The notes under the pieces were generated by a model. That model was given only the letters and a program-made list of their open reading frames with translations. It was not told the DNA's origin and did not search any database. Below, one piece after another: positions 18,245 through 29,027 of a stretch of DNA of 62,174 bases. Numbering within the stretch: position 1 is the stretch's first letter; every line of letters starts with the position of its first letter. Origin of the DNA: a virus (lineage: Duplodnaviria; Caudoviricetes); the IMG/VR virus record IMGVR_UViG_3300026512_000013, positions 1 to 62,174 of that record. One strand, given 5' to 3'. Made by a program: the position numbers and the translations under genes.

Positions 18245-18475
18245 TTATTCACTCTCCTTATTCCAACACGTTTCACAACTAATACCTCTACATCCTACAA
18301 TTTTATTTTTATTATAATTAATGTTATCATATATTGCTGAATCAATGTCACAATTAACATTACCGCAATATAAATCTTGAGGACAATAATCTAAATAAGT
18401 TTTTAAATCAAACTCTTCTAACCATAATAATTCATTATTTTCTATGTCATCTTTTAATTTTTCTAATTTAGTCAT
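18245..18475 (-). CDS. Cys-rich hypothetical protein
   Basis: CP...C...C..CWN pattern. Confidence 0.7.
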   Translation of the reverse strand: MTKLEKLKDDIENNELLWLEEFDLKTYLDYCPQDLYCGNVNCDIDSAIYDNINYNKNKIVGCRGISCETCWNKESE

Positions 18476-18480
18476 ATTAA

Positions 18481-18639
18481 TTAACTCTTCCTTTCTAAAA
18501 TATTTAATATTTCAACTAATGTAAATAATATACCCATTAACATAATAAGCATAAGATTTGTTTCGTTTAGTCCATGAGATACTATTAATATAATTAAATT
18601 TAATGTTACTGATATAGTTATTATTGTACTTGTTTTCAT
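18481..18639 (-). CDS. 52-aa membrane peptide, not in ORF track
   Basis: RBS AAGGAGG; MKTSTIITISVTLNLIILIV... Confidence 0.6.
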   Translation of the reverse strand: MKTSTIITISVTLNLIILIVSHGLNETNLMLIMLMGILFTLVEILNILERKS

Positions 18640-18670
18640 GTTAATTATTCCTCCTTATAATTTCTAAAAT

Positions 18671-18808
18671 TTATACCCCTAAAATATTAAATAAACCAAT
18701 ATCCATTAATACAATAGTTATTAAAATTAATGCTGTTGTTTCGCCAATTGATTTTAATACAGTGTAATTCAATAATGTTATCATAATTATTATTATAATT
18801 TTTCTCAT
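18671..18808 (-). CDS. 45-aa membrane peptide, not in ORF track
   Basis: RBS AAGGAGG; MRKIIIIIMITLL... Confidence 0.6.
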   Translation of the reverse strand: MRKIIIIIMITLLNYTVLKSIGETTALILITIVLMDIGLFNILGV

Positions 18809-18840
18809 TTTAATTATCCTCCTTTGATTTTAAATTTAAA

Positions 18841-19209
18841 TTATTCCCATTTATTTCCTACAACTTCAAATTTATAACTTTCTTCAATAGATAATTGTGG
18901 ACTATAAGTCTTATCCTGTACACAAAACATTCCATGTTTAAATTTTACTATTGAATAAAATGTTTTTGTTAAATACTTATATTTAACCATATCCCCTGTA
19001 AATATTTCTTTGTCATTTTTATCATTAAGTCCTGTGTATTGCATAAATATAATATTATCTCCATATTTATCGTTAGGATAAACTTTTCTTACTTCACCAT
19101 TTCTTTTTAAATGAGCTGATATAATTTGATTATCTGCCCAATCAATAGCAACAACTTCATACATTTTCTTTACGTCAACATACCATGCTCTAAATTTAGT
19201 GTTTTCCAT
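18841..19209 (-). CDS. YopX-family protein
   Basis: KFRAW...MQYTGLND.N..EI..GD...EVVGN. Confidence 0.85.
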   Translation of the reverse strand: MENTKFRAWYVDVKKMYEVVAIDWADNQIISAHLKRNGEVRKVYPNDKYGDNIIFMQYTGLNDKNDKEIFTGDMVKYKYLTKTFYSIVKFKHGMFCVQDKTYSPQLSIEESYKFEVVGNKWE

Positions 19210-19599
19210 TTAGTCCTCCTTTGATAATAACTCTGGGTTATCGTGAATGTTGCCTATGATTTCAACATCTTCATTTATTTCATTTAATAATATAATTATA
19301 TTTCCTAATGTTACATAAAAAGTTCCTTCATCATATAATACTAACCCTACTTCATTAGTATCTTCGTCAGGGTCATATACTATATCGCCTGAGTATATTT
19401 CTTTGTCAGATATATCGTTAAGTCCTGATGACATACATACTGTACCATTTTTAACAGGTTGATTAAAATGTCCCCAAGAAATTCTTTGAGAAAATTTACT
19501 ATAATATGCAGTGTCATTTGGCATATCATGAATTAAATCTCCATATACCCATTCGTTACTACTTGTTAAACCTCTAAATTTAATATTTAATTCTTTCAT
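19210..19599 (-). CDS. YopX-family protein
   Basis: KFRG...WVYG...EIYSGDIV...EIIGNIHDNPELL. Confidence 0.85.
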   Translation of the reverse strand: MKELNIKFRGLTSSNEWVYGDLIHDMPNDTAYYSKFSQRISWGHFNQPVKNGTVCMSSGLNDISDKEIYSGDIVYDPDEDTNEVGLVLYDEGTFYVTLGNIIILLNEINEDVEIIGNIHDNPELLSKED

Positions 19600-19604
19600 G
19601 TTAA

Positions 19605-20084
19605 TTATTCCTCCTTGTAATCATCCTCAATAACTGTATAATACTTTAAAAGTATATTCCAATAAATTTTACCTTGTTCACCTTCATTATTCCAATTCTC
19701 ATTCCATCTTTCATCAGTTAATTCTGTTCTTACCCAATAACCATTTTCGTATGATATACCTATTGTATGCTTAAAAAATTTACCTGTTGACATATTTCCA
19801 AAATGTGTATATAATTGCTGTGTGCTCTCCATAACACTATCAGAGTATATTTCTATTCCATTTTTATCTTTGTAGCCTGAGTATAAGCTTACTGAGTCGG
19901 GATAGACCTCATTGCATTCAAGTATTAAGCCTTCTGATAAACCATACCCAGCTATCCCTGAAAATATCCAATGTATTTTCTCCTTGCTCTCATATCCTCC
20001 ATCTCCACTACAAACATAATAACCATATACCCATTTATTAGTTTTAATAGATTTACCTCTAAATTTAATTTTTAATTCTGACAT
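19605..20084 (-). CDS. YopX-family protein
   Basis: IKFRGK...WVYGY...YSG.KDKNG.EIY. Confidence 0.8.
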   Translation of the reverse strand: MSELKIKFRGKSIKTNKWVYGYYVCSGDGGYESKEKIHWIFSGIAGYGLSEGLILECNEVYPDSVSLYSGYKDKNGIEIYSDSVMESTQQLYTHFGNMSTGKFFKHTIGISYENGYWVRTELTDERWNENWNNEGEQGKIYWNILLKYYTVIEDDYKEE

Positions 20085-20152
20085 TTAATTATTCCTCCTT
20101 ATTTAATAATAACTCTTCTTTAGTTAATTCTTCTTTTAATATTGATATCTCT

Positions 20153-20395
20153 TTAAGTCTCATTTTTTTTAGTTATTTGTCTAATTATTCTTATCTCTGA
20201 ATTTCTCATTTCTAATCTATTTAAAGTAGAAGTTCTATAATTTAAATATACTCTATGTTTTTCTATCCAATATTTTGTTATATTGTTTATTTTCAAATAT
20301 TCTTGAAAATCGTCTTTATATTTCTCATGAATAGAGATAATTAAATTACCATTTTTAAATTCCTCTAAATTAAATTCTAAATCTTGTTTATTCAT
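20153..20395 (-). CDS. hypothetical protein
   Basis: 80 aa, RBS AAGGAGG, promoter at ~20495-20520. Confidence 0.65.
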   Translation of the reverse strand: MNKQDLEFNLEEFKNGNLIISIHEKYKDDFQEYLKINNITKYWIEKHRVYLNYRTSTLNRLEMRNSEIRIIRQITKKNET

Positions 20396-20610
20396 TATTC
20401 AATTGCCTCCTTTTGATTAGTTTTTTTTATTTAATAGATTATTGAATTGATTAATTACCTCTTTGATTAATTACCTCTTTGATTAATTATTATTATATAG
20501 TATAGTGAGAATATTGTCAAGAAGTAATTTATAAAATAAATTGTAATTAAAAAAACCAGACTATAATTATGCTGTAGTGGCATAATAGTCTGGTTTTGGT
20601 AAGAGTGGTA

Positions 20611-21759
20611 TTAAATTGTATTAGGAAATTCAGTGTTAGTTTTATTCAATGTTATTATATTTGAAAGGTTTTCAATATAGCTAAATTCCCACCCTTTATA
20701 ATCTTTCTTCCCAGCAAGTAATATCCGACTAAGTTTCTTAGGCTTTATTATTCCAAAACGATTAATAAATTTTTGAATACTGTAAGAATAGTAAACATTA
20801 CCTTCAGGAGAAATTGCTTTAAATATTGTTTTTTTATTTGTCCATATAGAATTAATTAATTTAATTTTTAATTCTCCACTATAGTTTAAAAATGATGTTT
20901 TACTTGGAGTAACAGGGATATACATATCTTTAATACCAATAAATTGATTTTCAATATTATATGGAGTTATTCCTTTTGGGAAAATATCTACATATTCACA
21001 ATACCAACCATAGTATAAATGTTCTTTACTTCTTTTTAAGCCATTTTCTATACCTTTCCGAGTCATAAAGTCTAATTTTTTTGCCATATCTGTTAAATTA
21101 AAATGATAATATATAAGTTCTCCATCTGGAGATGTGAGTTTAAATAGTTTTTGTTTATGAGGTTGATACATATAGTTTTTAGTCCCACTTGTCCACATGC
21201 AATCATCCCTACTATATATATCATTATGTTGAGTATAATTCTTATAGTCTTTATCTAAAGAAATTTCATTCTTATAAAATTTTTCTTTATCCCAATTAGG
21301 CAACTCTTGTATGTCATTTAGAAAATATTCAAAGCGATGCCATCTCTCATCTACTGTAATGCCTAAAGCACCATAAGTATTATATTTCTTATCATTTTTA
21401 TTATAACATCTATTAATCATTCTTTCCCAAAAAGAATATTCTTTCTCATAATTAGCAATTACATTTTTTACATACCCTATATACCCTATATTTCCCACAT
21501 TTGGTTTTAGATAATCTTTAATATTACATCCATCTCTAGGGTGTGTTCTCATGGAAGTTTTATACCCTGTTTTAATAAATTCAATATTATAAATAAATCT
21601 CCCCTTATCATTTTTTCTTTTGTCTACAATTTTAAATCTCCCTGATTCACAAGATTCATAAATGTTTCCAATTTTTACAAAATTTCTTTTATTACTCATA
21701 ATTTGTGTTCCCCTTTCATTCCCTATTAATAACTTCACTATGGGAACAGTATACCACAC
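20611..21759 (-). CDS. HNH-type homing endonuclease with C-terminal NUMOD-like repeats (start probably ~21699)
   Basis: W.RMINRCY, YGALGITV.ERW..F, LDKD, YSRDDC; repeated SP.G...Y...GW modules; directly downstream of nrdD. Confidence 0.75.
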   Translation of the reverse strand: MWYTVPIVKLLIGNERGTQIMSNKRNFVKIGNIYESCESGRFKIVDKRKNDKGRFIYNIEFIKTGYKTSMRTHPRDGCNIKDYLKPNVGNIGYIGYVKNVIANYEKEYSFWERMINRCYNKNDKKYNTYGALGITVDERWHRFEYFLNDIQELPNWDKEKFYKNEISLDKDYKNYTQHNDIYSRDDCMWTSGTKNYMYQPHKQKLFKLTSPDGELIYYHFNLTDMAKKLDFMTRKGIENGLKRSKEHLYYGWYCEYVDIFPKGITPYNIENQFIGIKDMYIPVTPSKTSFLNYSGELKIKLINSIWTNKKTIFKAISPEGNVYYSYSIQKFINRFGIIKPKKLSRILLAGKKDYKGWEFSYIENLSNIITLNKTNTEFPNTI

Positions 21760-21816
21760 ATATGTTCTTTTGTCAAGAAAAATATATAAATTTATATAAA
21801 TAGAGAAAGTTTGTAA

Positions 21817-21846
21817 TAAAAAAAGAGAGATGATTAATCTCTCTTT
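21817..21846 (-). terminator. intrinsic terminator
   Basis: aaagagagat/atctctcttt. Confidence 0.7.
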
Positions 21847-21861
21847 AAGGTTTATATTTAT

Positions 21862-23829
21862 TTAATTAAAATCATAAAACACTCTTTCTGATAATTCTTT
21901 TTTTCTTTCTCCACTAAATGAATCTTGTTTAACTAAGTATCCTACTATTTTAATTCCTTTAGTTACTGACTTACCCCCACAGATAGGACATGTATCACCA
22001 AAGAAACTGTGGTCATTCGCACATATATCTATTATACTTATATAAGAATAGTATTTAACACCTTTTTTTGCTAACCCTTCTGTAAATGCCCAAGCATCTT
22101 CAAATGTATTAAAGTTTTCCCCATGATTAAAATGCTGGATTGCACCGCCACCACAGAAGTCATCTAATCTTGCTGTCTCAATCCTATCAAAAATATCAGT
22201 GTTTTGATTTAACGGTATCCATTGATTGCCATAAATATTATAGCCAACATCTAAAAGCTTATTAATCTTTCTATTACCAAAATATAATCTGTCTTTTTTG
22301 TTAAGCTTGATTGAAGCACTCTCCGCAGGTGATTGTTCCACATTTGACATATACCCGTATAATTCTTTTGTCTCAGAATTTAGTCCATTAATCAACCCAA
22401 ACATTTTATCTGCAATAGAGAAACCATCTTCATTATATTTTACATTATTCTCTTCATCATGGTCTATTCCACCTAAAATATCTATTGCTTCAAATACTCC
22501 ATTAATACCAACAGTGGCGAATTGTCTTTCAAATTGCATTAAACCATGTTTATACAAAGGTAATAGTCCACGTTTATCTAATTTCTTTAATATTTTTCTA
22601 TGAGCAAAATGATACTTGTGAATAATATCTACTGACTCTGTTATTAATTCTTTAAAATTCTCAATATTATCGCCTTCCATATCATCTGCTAAAATAGCAT
22701 GCCTAACTAAATTAAGAGTTACCACTTTAGTTGACCCTACATTTAAATCACTACCGCCTATTGAGTTAAAAGTAGCTCCCTCACTTAGCTCATTAGTATC
22801 AGAAACTAATCTACAACAACTCGCAACTCCTGTGACTTCTTCCACATTCATAATATTAACATCATTAAATCCGTATTTCCAATTATGATTAACTACCATT
22901 TTAGCAGTTTCTTCGTCAACATATTTTCCATCTTTAAAGATTAAACTTGCTGAAATTACTGGGAACGTGTGCCATTTTACTTGTCTTAATTGTCCAATAT
23001 AATCTAAAAAATCTGCTTGAAAATCCATTATTTCATTAAGATGAGATAAAATAGGAGTTCCATCTGGATAATTTTTATTATTAAAGAATTTAGCCATATG
23101 GTCTATATCTAAAATTGATATATTGGTATAAGCGGATTGTATCCCACCTTTTAAATATGGCTGATTTAAACTATATACAAACTCTTGGAATTTTTGTTCT
23201 CTATATTTTTTTGTGTTTTCTTCAGTCATGTCGGCAGTATCTTTTTTAAAAAAATAATAAGCATATATAACATAATCAGGTATACCCACAGCTCCACTCG
23301 CTTGATTAGTAGCATAGCTAATAAACTCTAATGTATGATGATTAAATGTATCCCAATGTTTAGGACTACTTGCTTTCATTTCAGTTAAAAAATGTAATCC
23401 CTTTTCAACTATTGTTTCCAAACTATAAGCAAAACAATATGGTTTGTAACTTGAATCATGACTATCATGTTCATAAATTCTACCATTAATATCATATTCT
23501 AAAAATTTCTGAGCCACTTCTAGCCCAAACTCTTCTTTCATTTCAATAAATATTTTATTTCTACTTAAAAGCTTTCTAAGTGGTTTCTGAGACTCATTTA
23601 ACATAGTATTAATATTTTTATCACTAACATTTGCATTGTCATCTATTGTTGCATCTGCAACTGTTGTACTATTCATAAAATCTGCGAAAAATTTACATGT
23701 ATCTAATTGTTCAGGTGACATTCCTGAAATATCCATCATTTCTGTTCCATATTTGCTGTGTAAGTGTTCTAACTGTTCTTTAAATTGTTTGTCTAACGTC
23801 ATTGGGAAATTATAATTCATTTTAATCAT
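21862..23829 (-). CDS. nrdD: anaerobic (class III) ribonucleotide reductase
   Basis: PYC, NQASGA, SCCRL, PAES, C..H...CPICG zinc site, glycyl-radical loop KIVGY. Confidence 0.93.
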   Translation of the reverse strand: MIKMNYNFPMTLDKQFKEQLEHLHSKYGTEMMDISGMSPEQLDTCKFFADFMNSTTVADATIDDNANVSDKNINTMLNESQKPLRKLLSRNKIFIEMKEEFGLEVAQKFLEYDINGRIYEHDSHDSSYKPYCFAYSLETIVEKGLHFLTEMKASSPKHWDTFNHHTLEFISYATNQASGAVGIPDYVIYAYYFFKKDTADMTEENTKKYREQKFQEFVYSLNQPYLKGGIQSAYTNISILDIDHMAKFFNNKNYPDGTPILSHLNEIMDFQADFLDYIGQLRQVKWHTFPVISASLIFKDGKYVDEETAKMVVNHNWKYGFNDVNIMNVEEVTGVASCCRLVSDTNELSEGATFNSIGGSDLNVGSTKVVTLNLVRHAILADDMEGDNIENFKELITESVDIIHKYHFAHRKILKKLDKRGLLPLYKHGLMQFERQFATVGINGVFEAIDILGGIDHDEENNVKYNEDGFSIADKMFGLINGLNSETKELYGYMSNVEQSPAESASIKLNKKDRLYFGNRKINKLLDVGYNIYGNQWIPLNQNTDIFDRIETARLDDFCGGGAIQHFNHGENFNTFEDAWAFTEGLAKKGVKYYSYISIIDICANDHSFFGDTCPICGGKSVTKGIKIVGYLVKQDSFSGERKKELSERVFYDFN

Positions 23830-23835
23830 CCTCTC

Positions 23836-24345
23836 TTACTCTTTCAAGTCTATTGGTTTTAGTTTACATTTATTATTAAAATCATAAATATATTGATTAG
23901 TGCTTGCTGGAAGAGTGTTATTAACATGTAAATCTTCATTGTATGCTCCTAATACCCCATAATCAATATATTTAATTTTTTCAATATCTACTTCATTTGC
24001 TAATTCTTCAAGAGTTCTCCATGAATATAAAATAGTAGGAATATTTTTATATTTTTCTTTAAAATATTTACTGACTTTATAAACAATATCTATATTATAT
24101 TTAGCTGTAGGTTCTCCCCCAAGAAATACTAATGTTGTATTTTCATTAAATTCTTTTGCTCTTTTGTAATCATTTTCTATCTTATTTATTATAATATTTA
24201 TATCATAATCTTTTTCCGATTTTTCTTGAAGTTCATAGTTATGACAGCCTTTGCATTTAATTGGCTTATCACACCCTGTTAAATATAAAGATATTGCAGG
24301 TTTTCCTAGCCCATTTTTTAAATTGTAGTCTATTATATATCGCAT
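23836..24345 (-). CDS. nrdG: class III RNR activating radical-SAM protein
   Basis: GC.....CKGCHN, LGGEP, STNQ; adjacent to nrdD. Confidence 0.9.
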   Translation of the reverse strand: MRYIIDYNLKNGLGKPAISLYLTGCDKPIKCKGCHNYELQEKSEKDYDINIIINKIENDYKRAKEFNENTTLVFLGGEPTAKYNIDIVYKVSKYFKEKYKNIPTILYSWRTLEELANEVDIEKIKYIDYGVLGAYNEDLHVNNTLPASTNQYIYDFNNKCKLKPIDLKE

Positions 24346-24463
24346 TTTAATTGTGCCTACCTTTCACTATTCCACTATCGCCCTAAATTTTAGGGGTATT
24401 TACTATTATATCACAACTCACTATTTCTGTCAAGTTTTATACGGGATTATTTAAATTTAATAA

Positions 24464-25057
24464 CTATACTATCCATCTATAAATTGGTTCACCTTCATAT
24501 CCATTCTCAAATACATACCAACAAAGAAACATTGCTCCACTCCAAGCTTTATTGGTTTTAGGATTTAAATTAATTCCACCTCTCCAACAATTAATTCTAC
24601 TTGAAGAACCATAAATATATTTTAATGGCATATCTTTTAGTTTTTCGCTTCTATTTATTCCTTCTAATAATTGCATTTTAGCAAGTATTACTACTGTATT
24701 AGATATTTCAAGTCCTTTTTCAATAAATTCTACTGCATATTTAAAAGGAGGGTTTGTTATAGTTAAATCAAATTTTTCTGTTATTTCATCTTCAAGAAAA
24801 TTAACTACTTTATCTTGATAACCTCTATCAATTAAATCCCAACTGTATACATTATCATTAAATTCTTTTAACACTTCACTCATATGACCTTCTCCACAAG
24901 CAGGTTCTAACACACTTTTAAAATTTGATATATCAAAATAATCTTTTAAAAATCTTCTAGTGTCATTTGGTGGAGTTGCATAATAATCATTCTCTTCTCT
25001 GTCCCAATTATTACTTTTGCCTCCTGTAAACATTTTAGCTTTATTTATCATTTTCAC
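24464..25057 (-). CDS. DNA amino-methyltransferase (N6-adenine type), orphan
   Basis: DYYATP, LEPACGEG, ITNPPF. Confidence 0.85.
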   Translation of the reverse strand: MKMINKAKMFTGGKSNNWDREENDYYATPPNDTRRFLKDYFDISNFKSVLEPACGEGHMSEVLKEFNDNVYSWDLIDRGYQDKVVNFLEDEITEKFDLTITNPPFKYAVEFIEKGLEISNTVVILAKMQLLEGINRSEKLKDMPLKYIYGSSSRINCWRGGINLNPKTNKAWSGAMFLCWYVFENGYEGEPIYRWIV

Positions 25058-25077
25058 TATTTATTTCTCTTTCTACT

Positions 25078-25302
25078 CTACTCAAATACATTAACAATCT
25101 CAAATACTACACCTTCATCAATTCCGCCAATTTCACCTCTTGCTAATTCATATCTACCTTCTATTCTAAATAAAAATCTATACATTCTATCACCTTGACC
25201 ATTTACTTCTTCATCAACAACTTTTCTTATATCTCCAGCTACTATATCAGTTTGCTCAAGACTTTTCAGAAAATGCAAATATTTATTCTTTTTCTTTTTC
25301 AT
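25078..25302 (-). CDS. hypothetical protein
   Basis: 74 aa with RBS. Confidence 0.65.
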   Translation of the reverse strand: MKKKKNKYLHFLKSLEQTDIVAGDIRKVVDEEVNGQGDRMYRFLFRIEGRYELARGEIGGIDEGVVFEIVNVFE

Positions 25303-25316
25303 AATATCTCTCCTGT

Positions 25317-26042
25317 CTATTTTATATATTTTTTATGCATACATATTAAACACTGTTTATTATTAACTCTATGAGGTGTATTTTGTCCACATTCTTCACA
25401 ATAAAGTTCTTCTATTTCTCCTCTGGCTTTTGTGTAGGCTAGCGTAGTTATTATTACATCTTTTAAAAATTCAAAAATTAATTTATCATTAAAATAACAA
25501 CTTGCTTCCATAGTGTCTTTTGATAATATGCTTATATTTTCTACAGTCATACTTTGCTCATTCTGAATTAATTGATAAGCATTTCTTACAATTTTACTTT
25601 CTATACTATCTTTTTTACATATGTTGATTTCCAATATTTTCCCAATTTCAAATAAACCTTTTATTCTATTTAATAAAATCTTTGTTTCACTTACAGTCTC
25701 CTCAATATCTCTCGTAATTATTTTAAGAACGCTAAATTCTTCATTGTCCTCTACCTCATAGAATTTTTTAATTAACTCAATACTCCAATTTTTATGTTTT
25801 CCAAGTTTAAAATTAAACCCTTTTAATCCCATTATAAAATAAGCTGTATTATCTTTTACTACAAAATTATCATCTTCAGTATTTTTACCATCATTAAAAA
25901 TTTTAACAACATCACCAACTTGCATTACCTCACCATTTTCATATGTCATATCAGTAACATCTCCAACAATACCATATTTATAAAAATCACATTCAGTAAA
26001 ATTACAATCTGTGTTTTTATGTACTATTATTCTTGTACTCAT
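25317..26042 (-). CDS. hypothetical protein with C-terminal zinc ribbon
   Basis: CEECG..TPH...CLIC. Confidence 0.75.
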   Translation of the reverse strand: MSTRIIVHKNTDCNFTECDFYKYGIVGDVTDMTYENGEVMQVGDVVKIFNDGKNTEDDNFVVKDNTAYFIMGLKGFNFKLGKHKNWSIELIKKFYEVEDNEEFSVLKIITRDIEETVSETKILLNRIKGLFEIGKILEINICKKDSIESKIVRNAYQLIQNEQSMTVENISILSKDTMEASCYFNDKLIFEFLKDVIITTLAYTKARGEIEELYCEECGQNTPHRVNNKQCLICMHKKYIK

Positions 26043-26068
26043 ATTATCTTCTCCTTTTTATCTTTGAT

Positions 26069-26425
26069 TTAATCCCACCAATTTTCTATTTTACTAAAAT
26101 TTTCTCCTATTGAATTAAATACTTTTGTATAATTATTACTCCAAGTTTCATAATCATTACCTTCAATTAAATTACTATACTCTTTAACATCTAATTCAAC
26201 ATTTAAAACCTTATGAATATTATCTCTCATTTCTAATATCTCACTCTTAATTTTCTCATCACCTACATGAATAGTATCAACACACCAATGTTTTAACATA
26301 TAATTTAATTGATGTTCCATTAATACTAATAAAAACCCATAATCCCACCATCTATTTTTCCATATGATAGGTAGCCAATAAAATAACTGTTTAATACTAT
26401 CATTAAATCTTCTTATCTTACCCAT
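26069..26425 (-). CDS. conserved phage hypothetical protein
   Basis: WLPIIWK.R.WDY...WWD pattern. Confidence 0.75.
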   Translation of the reverse strand: MGKIRRFNDSIKQLFYWLPIIWKNRWWDYGFLLVLMEHQLNYMLKHWCVDTIHVGDEKIKSEILEMRDNIHKVLNVELDVKEYSNLIEGNDYETWSNNYTKVFNSIGENFSKIENWWD

Positions 26426-26531
26426 ATTTTCTCCTCTCTAAACACAATTACTTTCTCACTACAGTCATTATACCATAGTAAGAAAGTAATGTCTATTATT
26501 TTATTTAATTATTTTATTATTTATCTATTTA

Positions 26532-26753
26532 TTATATAGCAATCATAATTATAAAGAAACCAATAATTACAGGTATTATTATTGGACTTAATACCCAAAA
26601 CCAACTCCATGCTATTATATTAGTTAATTTCAACGCTATAAATACAATAGTTAATAACTCTAAAAACCCCATTCCACTATTACTATCATTATTATCACTC
26701 ATTGTTATTATCTCCATCAACTTCAGTCTCATCATTTTCTTCAGTCTCTTCAC
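26532..26753 (-). CDS. small membrane protein (start probably ~26702)
   Basis: GMGF..LLTIVFI.LKL...I.WSW.WVLSP family pattern. Confidence 0.75.
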   Translation of the reverse strand: MKRLKKMMRLKLMEIITMSDNNDSNSGMGFLELLTIVFIALKLTNIIAWSWFWVLSPIIIPVIIGFFIIMIAI

Positions 26754-27159
26754 CTAATTTATCTACTATCATTTTAATAGTAGCTACTTCAATAAAACTA
26801 TTTATTAAAGGCTCAATACTAAAATCTTTACTCATATAATTTTTCTTATAAGCTTTTATATTATTTTTAATAAATTTATAAAAAATTGACTCTTTATCTA
26901 ATAACTTAACTAACTCCATAATATAATTTTTAGAATCTTTTTTAGTAGCTTTACAATATCCCATTTCTCTAACTCTTTTATTATCTGATTTATCACTTTT
27001 TAAATAAACGTCAATACTCTCTTCATCTACTAATACCTCTTTTAAATCATCAGTCAACATATTTTTTAAATAACTATATTCACCATTAAGTATATTTTCT
27101 TTTAAAGTTACAAACTCAATTTTAAATAATTCATACTCACTCTTTGCCATTATTATCAT
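26695..27159 (-). CDS. hypothetical protein
   Basis: 154 aa with RBS. Confidence 0.75.
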   Translation of the reverse strand: MIIMAKSEYELFKIEFVTLKENILNGEYSYLKNMLTDDLKEVLVDEESIDVYLKSDKSDNKRVREMGYCKATKKDSKNYIMELVKLLDKESIFYKFIKNNIKAYKKNYMSKDFSIEPLINSFIEVATIKMIVDKLGEETEENDETEVDGDNNNE

Positions 27160-27171
27160 CTCCTTTTAATA

Positions 27172-27978
27172 TTATTTAACTATATTATTATACTCAATAT
27201 AATTTTTAATTACGCCTCTTTTAGTTATCCAACTAACTCCTCCACTAACTGAAGTATACCCTTGATGTGGCATATCTTTAAAAATTTCAATTAACTCTTG
27301 TTTACTTTTTAATTTACTTTTTATATAATACCCTCTATTATTTTTAGTAACATCTTCAATTTCTTTTACAGTATTAATACTTGCTCCAAGAATAAAAAAA
27401 TCTGCATTATGTTTATCAGAAGGCTTTATAAAAGTAAAGTCATCAGTTTCATACTCGTCTATTTTCTCTCTTAAATTAATATTACTATCATCTTTAGTCC
27501 ATATAAAAAAACTTGTTAATACATTATACTCTTCTCCATTATTAATAGTAAAAGAATCCTTTGGTAAATCTTTAATCTCTATTAATTTATATTCACTTGG
27601 GAATACTTGTTGCATATTATATTTTTTATACACTTCAGGTAAAATAAAAGCAATAGTATCAAAATTAAGCTCTATGCATTTATTAATAAAACTCTTAGAC
27701 AATTTATTTCTTTTACCAAAAGGAGGATTACCTATTGCTATTTTCTTATTACCTTTTATCTCATTTACAGTAAGCCAATCTTGTTTAATAATATTCTTAC
27801 TATCAGGGAGTATATCAAAAGCAATTGTCCTATTTGGTAAATATTTTAAGAAATTCCCTTTCCCAGCTGAGGGTTCTACTATAATATCATATTTATCTAA
27901 ATTAATTAATGATACACATAATTCGCATATTTTATCTTTAGTATAAAATTTATCATAGTCTACATCTTTACTATACAT
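27172..27978 (-). CDS. DNA amino-methyltransferase (N6-adenine type), orphan
   Basis: DKFYT, EPSAGKGNF, IGNPPFG, IAFILP. Confidence 0.85.
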   Translation of the reverse strand: MYSKDVDYDKFYTKDKICELCVSLINLDKYDIIVEPSAGKGNFLKYLPNRTIAFDILPDSKNIIKQDWLTVNEIKGNKKIAIGNPPFGKRNKLSKSFINKCIELNFDTIAFILPEVYKKYNMQQVFPSEYKLIEIKDLPKDSFTINNGEEYNVLTSFFIWTKDDSNINLREKIDEYETDDFTFIKPSDKHNADFFILGASINTVKEIEDVTKNNRGYYIKSKLKSKQELIEIFKDMPHQGYTSVSGGVSWITKRGVIKNYIEYNNIVK

Positions 27979-28448
27979 TAAATTTCCCTCACTCTCTCTA
28001 TTATATTATTTGCTATTTCTTTTGCAATTCCATTATACATTATCTTATAAGCTTCATATGGAATACTATTATCTAATATCTTATTGTTTAATTTTATATT
28101 TTTACTATAAGCAGTTTGAAACTCTATATCATGCATTTCTCTATTTGAACAACCTTGTATTCTTAAATCAGACTCTTCTACTATATAAGTGACTCCTGTA
28201 GACTCATCAAAGCTAATTAATCCATCATACTCACTCTTACTATACTGTCTACATAATAAATAATCTTCCTTATGTCCTGTAATTGTTATTGCATAAGTTT
28301 TATTATTAATTCTTACTATATGTCTATTAGTACCAGATAATATATCTGTCTGATACCCTAAATCACTTAAATATCTTACAAAAGAAACTGTTGCATTAGA
28401 AGGTTGTGTTATTCTTCTTGTTAACATTGTTTTTAAATTCTTATTCAT
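27978..28448 (-). CDS. hypothetical protein
   Basis: 156 aa, RBS AGGAG, promoter ~28490-28520. Confidence 0.75.
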   Translation of the reverse strand: MNKNLKTMLTRRITQPSNATVSFVRYLSDLGYQTDILSGTNRHIVRINNKTYAITITGHKEDYLLCRQYSKSEYDGLISFDESTGVTYIVEESDLRIQGCSNREMHDIEFQTAYSKNIKLNNKILDNSIPYEAYKIMYNGIAKEIANNIIERVREI

Positions 28449-28541
28449 ATTTTTTCTCCTTAATAATTATCCTATTTGGTTGATAAATTAATTATACTAT
28501 AACCTTATTTTAATGTCAACAGTTTATTTTATTATTTTAAT

Positions 28542-29021
28542 CTACTTATAATCTTTTAACTCAATCATGTTAATATTAACACCATCAGGCATTACACTTT
28601 TAACAATTTTACTTGTCTTTCTATCTTTGCTAATTACTTTAACTGATAAACTTGATTCACCATTATTATGATAAGTTTTATATGAGAATACATCAATTTG
28701 CATCTCTCTTAATTTATCAATACTTGGCTGTAAATCTTCTTTCTTACCTTTATATGTTATTATTAATAACCATACACTTGATTTAACTAATAATTTATCT
28801 AACTTATATGATAATAACTTACCTATAAACCCACCTAATGCAACTAATAATATTGTTATCATAGAATTAGTTTGCAATATTTTAGTAATAATACTAAAGA
28901 ATATTAATGTACTAAAGAATTTTACTATTGCAGAAGGTAATTGCTTATTCTTCCCTGTTAATATCATACTGAACGATGTTAATAACTCATCAATCATCTT
29001 GCCTACGAACGCTAATAACAT
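28542..29021 (-). CDS. membrane protein, DUF2179/DUF5698-like (TM domain plus small alpha/beta domain)
   Basis: three TM segments then ACT/PII-like C-terminus. Confidence 0.6.
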   Translation of the reverse strand: MLLAFVGKMIDELLTSFSMILTGKNKQLPSAIVKFFSTLIFFSIITKILQTNSMITILLVALGGFIGKLLSYKLDKLLVKSSVWLLIITYKGKKEDLQPSIDKLREMQIDVFSYKTYHNNGESSLSVKVISKDRKTSKIVKSVMPDGVNINMIELKDYK

Positions 29022-29027
29022 TGATTA

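Noticed and set aside
24464-27978. Restriction-modification system
   Set aside because: Two methyltransferases but no identifiable cognate endonuclease; best read as orphan protective methylases
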